Assembly: GCA_039798785.1 (NCBI GenBank)
Contig: JBDKFG010000076.1
Span: 1 to 22,657, forward strand
Source: Verrucomicrobiota bacterium
GTDB lineage: Bacteria; Verrucomicrobiota; Lentisphaeria; Lentisphaerales; Lentisphaeraceae
Direction: 5' to 3'
Length of the DNA: 22,657 nt
Shown: one piece after another, positions 6,648 through 13,461 of the stretch
Position numbering within the stretch: position 1 is the stretch's first letter
Layout of the letters: the number at the start of each line of letters is the position of its first letter
Made by a program: the position numbers and the translations under genes
The notes under the pieces: generated by a model
Seen by the model: the letters and a program-made list of their open reading frames with translations, nothing else
The model's database searches: none
What the model was told of the DNA's origin: nothing

Positions 6648-8786
6648 TCACCCCAGCTTGCCCTTGAGCACTCGCGAGGTCTTGACTTCGCGATCGCCGC
6701 AAACGAGTTTGCGAGTGCCGCAGAGGCAGGCGCCGTCTTCGGCTTTCAGGTCGACGAGCTTGAAGTCGTCGATGCCGATGTCGGGGTAGGACGCGGGGAC
6801 GCTGTCGTTGGCGCGCAAGATGGCGCTGCCGATGGGAGCGTCGACGGTGAGAACCTCGAGGTCTTTTTTCGACGAGCAGGCGAGGATCATGCCTTCGCTC
6901 ATGACGCCACGGAGATCGGCGGGGCGGAGGTTGGCGGCGACGATCACGTGTTTGCCGAGGAGCTCCTCCTCTTTGCACCATTTCACCAGACCGGAGCAGA
7001 TGGTGCGCAGACGACCTTCGCCGAGGTCGATCTTCTCGATGTAGAGGTGTTCGGCGGTGGGGTGGCGCGCGATCTCGACGATCTTGCCGACCTTGAGCTG
7101 GATCTTGGCGAAGGGATCTTCCTGTTGCACGCCGCTGTAGCGTTCCTTGAGCTCGACGGCGTATTTCGGATCGAGCTTGGGGAAGAGGATTTCGGGAGTG
7201 CCGATGCTGCGTCCCTTGAGGCTGTCGCTGGAGCCGAGGGTGCTGTACTCGAGCTTATCGAGGCCGAGCATGGCGCCGATGCGGCGGGCGGTTTCCGGGA
7301 CGGCGGGAGCGAGGAGGATGGCGATGTCGCGGACGGCGTGGAGCAGGGCGTCCATGGTCGCCTGCACTTGCTCTTTGTCGGCCTTGATCGCGACCCAGGG
7401 TTGCTGATCCTGGAAGAACTTGTTGCCGGCGCGGCCGATCTCGGTGGCCACTTGCAGGGCATCGCGCAAGGAGGCGCGCTCGTAGGCGGCGTCAGCCTCG
7501 GCGGTGAGTTCCTTGACCTGGGTCAGGAAGGCGCGGTGCTCGTCGCGGTAGGCGCAGGGACCGAGCTTGCCGTCGAAGTTCTTCTGCAGGTAGACGAGCG
7601 AGCGGTTGACGAGGTTGCCGATGATGTCGAGCAGTTCGCCGTTGACCTTGTCGAAGAAGTCCTGCCAGGTGAAGGCGAAGTCCTGCTTCTCGGGGCGGAC
7701 GCTGAGGAGGTACCAGCGCCAGAGGTCGACCGGGATGCCGGAGGCGATGACATCGGTGCCGAAGACGCCGATGCCGCGCGACTTGGAGAACTTGGCGTCT
7801 TCGTAGTTGAGATACTCGGTCGAGGCGAGGTGGTGGCACTTGGTCCAGTTGCGGCCGTCGGCGAGCTGGGTGGCGGGGAAGATCACCGAGTGGAAGGGGA
7901 TGTTGTCCTTGGCCATGAACTGGAAGAGCTCGGTGGATTCGGGGGCGAGCCACCATTTCTGCCACTCGTTGGGGAAGGCGTGGGCGGTGATCGAGACGTA
8001 GCCGATGGGGGCGTCGAACCAGACGTAGAAGACCTTGTCCTCATAACCCGGACGGGGGACGGGGATGCCCCATTTGAGGTCGCGGGTGATGGCGCGGGGC
8101 TCGAGGCCGCGTTTCATCCAGCTTTGGGTGGTGGACGAGGCGTTGAGGGGCCAGCCGCCGGTCTTGATCGACTCCTCCTGCCAGGCTTCGAGCTTGTCGC
8201 TGAGCTGGGGCAGGTCGAGGTAGAGGTGTTTGGTCTTGCGCAGCACCGGGGTGGTGCCGTCGAGGGTGCATTTGGCGTTTAAAAGTTCGGTGGGGGTCAT
8301 CAGGGCGCCGCAGCCGTCGCACTGGTCGCCGCGGGCGTCGAGGAAGCCGCATTTGGGGCAGGTGCCCTGGACGAGGCGGTCGGCGAGGAACTTGCCGAGG
8401 GATTCGGCGTAGAACTGCTCCGATTCCTTTTCGACGAAGAAGCCGTTGGCGTCGACCTGGCGGTAGATGTCCTGGACGATGCCGGTCTGGGTCTCGGACG
8501 AGGTGCGGCCGAAGGCGTCGAAGGAGATGTCGAAGTGCTCGTAGATCTTCTTGTGGATGGCGTGGTACTTGTCGCAGATCTGGCGGGGCGTCAGGCCTTC
8601 CTGGGCGGCCTTGGTTTCGGTGGCGGTGCCGTATTCGTCGGTGCCGCAGATGTAGAGCGTCTCGTAGCCCTTGGCGCGGCAGAAGCGGGCGAAGGCGTCG
8701 GCGGAGAGGACGCAGCCGATGATGTTGCCGAGGTGCGGCTCGTTGTTGACGTAGGGCAGGGCGGAGGTGATCAGGCGCTTTTTCAT
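6648..8786 (-). CDS. metG: Methionine--tRNA ligase with a C-terminal tRNA-binding OB domain
   Basis: ITSALPYVNNEPHLGN (HIGH motif), CGTDEYGT, YVWFDAPIGY, KFSKS, and C-terminal ANLRP..LRGVMSEGMIL. Confidence 0.97.
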   Translation of the reverse strand: MKKRLITSALPYVNNEPHLGNIIGCVLSADAFARFCRAKGYETLYICGTDEYGTATETKAAQEGLTPRQICDKYHAIHKKIYEHFDISFDAFGRTSSETQTGIVQDIYRQVDANGFFVEKESEQFYAESLGKFLADRLVQGTCPKCGFLDARGDQCDGCGALMTPTELLNAKCTLDGTTPVLRKTKHLYLDLPQLSDKLEAWQEESIKTGGWPLNASSTTQSWMKRGLEPRAITRDLKWGIPVPRPGYEDKVFYVWFDAPIGYVSITAHAFPNEWQKWWLAPESTELFQFMAKDNIPFHSVIFPATQLADGRNWTKCHHLASTEYLNYEDAKFSKSRGIGVFGTDVIASGIPVDLWRWYLLSVRPEKQDFAFTWQDFFDKVNGELLDIIGNLVNRSLVYLQKNFDGKLGPCAYRDEHRAFLTQVKELTAEADAAYERASLRDALQVATEIGRAGNKFFQDQQPWVAIKADKEQVQATMDALLHAVRDIAILLAPAVPETARRIGAMLGLDKLEYSTLGSSDSLKGRSIGTPEILFPKLDPKYAVELKERYSGVQQEDPFAKIQLKVGKIVEIARHPTAEHLYIEKIDLGEGRLRTICSGLVKWCKEEELLGKHVIVAANLRPADLRGVMSEGMILACSSKKDLEVLTVDAPIGSAILRANDSVPASYPDIGIDDFKLVDLKAEDGACLCGTRKLVCGDREVKTSRVLKGKLG

Positions 8787-8859
8787 CGGAGAATCCCTTG
8801 GGTTTTTGACGGCGGCCAATCTAGAGGAACAAGCGCAAGTTGAAAGCAGCAAGATTGAA

Positions 8860-9031
8860 CCTAAAATTCCGCAGTAGCCAGTGCGGCTTCCGCGACCCCC
8901 TCGGGATCAAATTTCATAACTACTTCATTCCCAAGGTTTCGCCGATGCGGCTCAACCCTGGACTAAAATCGCCGACCCGCTTCGGGGTCGAGCAGCATTG
9001 AGCACAAACTCATTCAACTGCGGAATTTCAC
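8860..9031. mobile_element. MITE-like non-autonomous element
   Basis: Perfect 12-bp subterminal inverted repeat AAATTCCGCAGT (8864-8875 / 9017-9028), TTGAA on both flanks (8855-8859, 9032-9036), internal hairpins, no ORF. Confidence 0.6.
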
Positions 9032-9052
9032 TTGAAAGACGAGCTTCGCCGA

Positions 9053-9079
9053 CCCTGACTCCCTGACTCCCTGACTCCC
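9053..9079. repeat. Short tandem repeat (CCCTGACT)x3
   Basis: Directly visible upstream of parE. Confidence 0.85.
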
Positions 9080-9154
9080 CTCCTCCCTTCCCTCGCCCCC
9101 TTGCGCCGCCCGCCTTCCCTGCTAACTTCCGTCAGTCAATCCCGAGAGGAAGCC

Positions 9155-10960
9155 ATGGCCGAGAAACCTGTTTACGATGAATCCAAGATCCAAACCCTCG
9201 ACGCGCTGAGCCACATCCGCCTCCGTCCCGGCATGTACATCGGGCGTCTCGGCAACGGCTCCAATCCCAACGACGGCATCTACGTGCTGCTCAAGGAAGT
9301 GGTCGACAACGGCATCGACGAATTCATCATGGGCCACGGCAGCAAGATCGAAATCACAGTCGATAACGACGAGAAATTCAAGGTGCGCGACTATGGCCGC
9401 GGCATCCCCCTCGGCAAGGTCGTCGACTGCGTCTCCAAGATCAACACCGGCGCCAAGTACAACACCGAGGTCTTCCAGTTCTCGGTCGGCCTCAACGGCA
9501 TCGGCACCAAGGCGGTGAACGCCCTCTCCTCGCATTTTCGCGTCCGCTCGGTGCGCGACGGCAAGTTCAAAGAGGCGGTCTTCGCCGAAGGGATTCTACA
9601 ATCGGAAAAGGACGGCAAGACCTCGGATCCCGACGGCACCGAAGTCGAATTCACTCCCTCACGCCAAGTCTTCCCGAAATACCGCGTCGACCAGGCCTTC
9701 CTCGACCGCCGGATGTGGAACTACGCCTACCTCAACCGCGGCCTGACCCTCATCCTCAACGGCCAGAAATACCACTCCCGCGGCGGCCTGAAGGACTTCG
9801 TCGAACGCGAAGTCGGCGGCGAGAAGCTCTACGAGCTCGTCCACTTCCGCGACGAGCGGATCGAATTCTGCTTCACCCACACCAGCAACTACGGCGACAC
9901 CTACCACTCCTACGTCAACGGCCAGTACACCAACGACGGCGGCACCCACCAGAGCGCCTTCAAGGAAGGCATCGCCAAGGGCGTCAACGACTACGCCAAC
10001 AAGAAAGAGCCTTTCGACGCCAACGACATCCGGGAAGGCCTCTTCGGCGCCATCGCGGTGAAGGTGTCGGAGCCGATGTTCGAATCGCAGACCAAGAACA
10101 AGCTCGCCAACCCGGAAATCCGCGCCGACATCGTCCAGAAGGTGAAGGACTTCGTCTGCGACTTCCTCCACAAGAACAAGCCGGTGGCCGAGCGCCTGCT
10201 CGAGAAGATCGCGGTCAACGAGAAGATGCGCAAAGGCATCCAGGAGCTGAAGAAGCTGGCCAAGGAAACCTCGCGCAAGACCGCCCTGAAGATCCCCAAG
10301 CTGCGCGACTGCAAACACCACTTCGACGACGGCACCAGCCTCGGCGCCGAGTCGATGCTCTTCATCACCGAAGGCGACTCCGCCACCGGACCGATGATGG
10401 GCTCGCGCAACGTCCTCACCCAAGCCCTCTTTCCGCTCAAGGGCAAACCCCTCAACTCCCACGGAATGCAGCGCGAATTCGTCTACAAGAACGAAGAGCT
10501 CTACTACGTCATGAAGGCGATCGGGATCGAAGACTCCCTCGACAACTTGCGCTACGGCAAGGTCGTGATCGCGACTGACGCGGACGACGACGGCATGCAC
10601 ATCCGCAACCTCATGCTCACCTATTTCCTCACCTTCTTCGAGCCCCTGGTCACCAACGGCCACCTCTACCTCCTCGAGACGCCGCTTTTCCGGGTCCGCA
10701 ACACCAAGGAGACGATCTACTGCTACGACGAAGAGGAGAAGGAAAAGGCCTGCGCCAAGATCGGCAAGGCCGCCGAGATCACTCGTTTCAAAGGTCTCGG
10801 GGAGATCTCGCCGAAGGAATTCGGTCAGTTCATCGGCCCCGACATGCGCCTCATCCCGGTCACCATCGACACCATGTCGGAAGTCCCCCACCTGCTCGAG
10901 TTCTTCATGGGCAAAAACACCCCGCGGCGGAAGGACTTCATCATGGGGAATCTGCTGTGA
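9155..10960 (+). CDS. parE: Type II topoisomerase B subunit, probably topoisomerase IV ParE
   Basis: HIRLRPGMYIG, EVVDNGIDE, DYGRGIP, EGDSA, PLKGK, ATDADDDG and RFKGLGE motifs; 601 aa; the GLNGIG and GAKY variants fit the Bacteroidetes/Chlamydia-type ParE; GAGGA RBS. Confidence 0.88.
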   Translation: MAEKPVYDESKIQTLDALSHIRLRPGMYIGRLGNGSNPNDGIYVLLKEVVDNGIDEFIMGHGSKIEITVDNDEKFKVRDYGRGIPLGKVVDCVSKINTGAKYNTEVFQFSVGLNGIGTKAVNALSSHFRVRSVRDGKFKEAVFAEGILQSEKDGKTSDPDGTEVEFTPSRQVFPKYRVDQAFLDRRMWNYAYLNRGLTLILNGQKYHSRGGLKDFVEREVGGEKLYELVHFRDERIEFCFTHTSNYGDTYHSYVNGQYTNDGGTHQSAFKEGIAKGVNDYANKKEPFDANDIREGLFGAIAVKVSEPMFESQTKNKLANPEIRADIVQKVKDFVCDFLHKNKPVAERLLEKIAVNEKMRKGIQELKKLAKETSRKTALKIPKLRDCKHHFDDGTSLGAESMLFITEGDSATGPMMGSRNVLTQALFPLKGKPLNSHGMQREFVYKNEELYYVMKAIGIEDSLDNLRYGKVVIATDADDDGMHIRNLMLTYFLTFFEPLVTNGHLYLLETPLFRVRNTKETIYCYDEEEKEKACAKIGKAAEITRFKGLGEISPKEFGQFIGPDMRLIPVTIDTMSEVPHLLEFFMGKNTPRRKDFIMGNLL

Positions 10961-10984
10961 ATTACGAATTACGAATTACGAATT
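10959..10984. repeat. Heptamer tandem repeat (GAATTAC)x3.7
   Basis: Begins at the parE stop codon, between convergent genes. Confidence 0.85.
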
Positions 10985-11000
10985 GAAGCGGCAAGGAGCT

Positions 11001-11480
11001 TCATGGCTCTGAAAAATTCGTGTTCATTCGTGTCCATTCGTGGTTCAAGCCGCTCAGACCCAGGGACTGCAGCGGCAGCATAACAAAGTCGCGTTGATGC
11101 GCCCTCGGATGGGGAATGACGAGATCCGGCTCATTCAGCACCAGATCCCCGAAGAGGATGATATCGAGATCGATCGGGCGCGGCGCGTTGATTTCGCGTT
11201 CGCTGCGGGTGACGCGGCCGAGGCGGCTTTCGATCTCTTGACAGAGCTCCATCAATTGACGTGGCGAGCCCTCCCAGAAGCCGGAGCAGACGCCGTTGAG
11301 GAAGTCGCCGGAGCCGCTTGGGCAATCCACCGGGGCACTGGCCAGCGGGGCGCTGATTTGATCGATCCGAAAGCCTCCCTCGCCGAGCAGACGCATCGCC
11401 TCCGCGATGTTGGCTTCGCGACTGCCGCAAGGCGCCGCGAGATTGCTGCCGTAGGCGAGGATGACCAGTTCCGGGATCAT
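11001..11480 (-). CDS. folK: 2-amino-4-hydroxy-6-hydroxymethyldihydropteridine diphosphokinase
   Basis: GSNL, FLNGV, ESRLGR, PRPIDLDII and PHP..HQRDFVMLPL motifs; ATGA overlap with the upstream gene. Confidence 0.92.
   Translation of the reverse strand: MIPELVILAYGSNLAAPCGSREANIAEAMRLLGEGGFRIDQISAPLASAPVDCPSGSGDFLNGVCSGFWEGSPRQLMELCQEIESRLGRVTRSEREINAPRPIDLDIILFGDLVLNEPDLVIPHPRAHQRDFVMLPLQSLGLSGLNHEWTRMNTNFSEP
11016..11045. repeat. Decamer tandem repeat (ATTCGTGNNN)x3 inside the folK 3' end
   Basis: ATTCGTGTTC ATTCGTGTCC ATTCGTGGTT, read on the - strand as NHEWTRMNTN. Confidence 0.8.
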
Positions 11481-11848
11481 TCGAGTTTTTTGATCGAATC
11501 GATGCGAGGGTGTTCCTCGAAGGTCCAGGCGACGCTGACCTTGTCGCCCTTCTTGAAGCCCTCGAGTTTTTTCAGGGTCTCTTTGTCGAAGCCGCCGCCG
11601 TCGGCGGGCATGCCGCCGCGCCAGTAGGGCAGGACGCGGAAGCGGCCTTTTTCGGTGGTGAGGGTGAGGATGCCGCGTTCGATCGACAGGATGCTGCCGC
11701 TGACGGTGCCTTTGTCGCCTTCTTTGGCGTCAGCGGGCTCATCGGCATGGCGTTTCACCGCGTGTTTTTCGGCTTTGGCTTTTTCTTCGGCGAGGACATG
11801 CAGCGACAGGCCGAGAAACAGAGCAAAGGCGAGGCGGGGAAGGATCAT
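11477..11848 (-). CDS. Secreted hypothetical protein, probable OB-fold
   Basis: Signal peptide ending VLA, then GTVSGSILSIE...FKKGDKVSVAW; AGGAGA RBS. Confidence 0.8.
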   Translation of the reverse strand: MILPRLAFALFLGLSLHVLAEEKAKAEKHAVKRHADEPADAKEGDKGTVSGSILSIERGILTLTTEKGRFRVLPYWRGGMPADGGGFDKETLKKLEGFKKGDKVSVAWTFEEHPRIDSIKKLE

Positions 11849-11873
11849 GGGTATCTCCTGCGGATTGAGAGAT

Positions 11874-12875
11874 TCAAAGACCTAAGAGGCGGCGAGCCTC
11901 TTCTGGCGACATGCCCTGGGCGATCAAGCTTTGCAGGGCCGCCTGCAATTGAGCTTCGGCTTTTTGTTTGTCGGTCTCGGCTTTTTGCTTGTCGGCCTCA
12001 GCTTTTTGCTTGTCGGCCTCAGCTTTTTGCTTGTCGGCCTCGGCTTTTTGCTTGTCGGCCTCGGCTTTTTGCTTGTCGGCCTCGGCTTTTTGCTTGTCGG
12101 CCTCGGCCTGTTCGGCACGAGCGAGGGAATCGCGCTCCAAGTTGAGGATGTCTTCGAGGAAATCGTCTTCGAGAGTCATGTCCTTGCGGACTTCGAAAGA
12201 TTCGCCGGCTCGCATCAAGCTGCGCGCGATCCCCCGGAATTCCTGCGGCACCCGGTCTTCTTCGAGGATCAACTGATGCTCATCCCTGGGGTCGGCGCGG
12301 TGCTGATCGAAGAAGCTCAGCAGGGTCTCCAGCCGGGTGCGCGCCGGCTCCTTCAGGAGCGGGATTTGAATGACGAAGCTGTCGTGCGAGAGGCACTCGA
12401 TGAATTGCGCCCGGCACTTCAACTCCTCGCGGGTGATGGCATCGAAATATTGGCGGCGCACCTTGATCACGGGAGCGGTGATTCCTTCCAGCTGGTGCCC
12501 GAGGAAGTAGATGCTGATGATCGGCAGCGGCGTCTGCACCTTGCGGCCGTTTTTGAGCTCGGTGACGACATTGGTCTTATCCGCATACTGCTCGCCGAGA
12601 TAACGCCGAAAACGCATGATGTCTTCGGGGAATTTGGCTTTCTGAATCTCGATCAGAACCATCTGGGTGTCGCCGTTGGCGAGGCGGATCCGGGCGCAGA
12701 AATCGAGACGGAAGACGGAAAGCACCGGGCTGAATCGCCCGATCTGCTCGCTGTTGCGAATTTCCACCGAGTCGATGTCCAACTCGGTGATCGTCGAGAT
12801 CACCAGCCGGGCGATTTCCGGATCGCTCAGCAAATATTTGAAGACGCTGTCGTAGATGGGGTTGGCGATGCGCAT
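11874..12875 (-). CDS. Rpn-like PD-(D/E)XK nuclease-family protein with a coiled-coil repeat tail
   Basis: NPIYDSVFKYLL, RLDF...IEIQK and RFRRY motifs; ends with LIAQGMSPEEARRLLGL; start placed at MRIANP. Confidence 0.8.
   Translation of the reverse strand: MRIANPIYDSVFKYLLSDPEIARLVISTITELDIDSVEIRNSEQIGRFSPVLSVFRLDFCARIRLANGDTQMVLIEIQKAKFPEDIMRFRRYLGEQYADKTNVVTELKNGRKVQTPLPIISIYFLGHQLEGITAPVIKVRRQYFDAITREELKCRAQFIECLSHDSFVIQIPLLKEPARTRLETLLSFFDQHRADPRDEHQLILEEDRVPQEFRGIARSLMRAGESFEVRKDMTLEDDFLEDILNLERDSLARAEQAEADKQKAEADKQKAEADKQKAEADKQKAEADKQKAEADKQKAETDKQKAEAQLQAALQSLIAQGMSPEEARRLLGL
11961..12107 (-). repeat. 7 x 21-nt coding tandem repeat (AEADKQK)
   Basis: Six AEADKQK units plus one AETDKQK, near-identical at the DNA level. 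Confidence 0.97.
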
Positions 12876-12957
12876 GGGGGACACTTCTGTTGCTGCAGGA
12901 AATCTAATCCCTCCTGCGCCGGAGCGCCAGCCTGCGGACAAGGGCGCGGCGGCGGAT

Positions 12958-13380
12958 TCACATTCCCAACCACTCATCATATTCCTCATGCAGTCCGGCA
13001 TCCGCGTACTCAAAGTCGACCAAGCCCGCTTTTTCAAGCTCGAAAAGGAGCCAGGGGGCCTGCACCATCAGGTGATTGACCCGGCGTTTCTTCCGCGGAT
13101 GAAAAAGCGCCAGGCGCAGCATCAGGTCAGCGAGCTGGGCGACCTCGAAATCGCGGGAGCCGCGAAGGAGTCGCAAGCGGGCGATGTTCTTGGCCGAGAT
13201 GTTCTTCTGCAGCGACATCTCCCACATCTCGAAGCCTTGCTCCGCCGCCCGGGATTCCTGTTCCGGCATGGCGATGCAGTTGCGGCAGAGGCGCTCCGCG
13301 CGGCCACGCTTGGTGAAGGCCTCGCGCGGCCGTTCGGCCGCGCAGATCCAGCAGTAGATGAAGGGAGTGGGAGTGTTCAT
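12958..13380 (-). CDS. Hypothetical protein with an N-terminal CxxC...CxxC zinc-finger motif
   Basis: CWIC...CRNC, NISAKNIARL and HPRKKRR; co-oriented upstream of the Rpn-like gene. Confidence 0.7.
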   Translation of the reverse strand: MNTPTPFIYCWICAAERPREAFTKRGRAERLCRNCIAMPEQESRAAEQGFEMWEMSLQKNISAKNIARLRLLRGSRDFEVAQLADLMLRLALFHPRKKRRVNHLMVQAPWLLFELEKAGLVDFEYADAGLHEEYDEWLGM

Positions 13381-13461
13381 GGGTCGATTTTAATCCCGGT
13401 TTCGCCTTTGAGCCGGCAAGCCCTGGAGCGAAAAGCCGACAAGACGGCATTGTGAAGAGAA

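Noticed and set aside
11961..12107. Possible CRISPR array
   Set aside because: The units are contiguous with no spacers, lie in frame in a CDS, and no cas genes are present.
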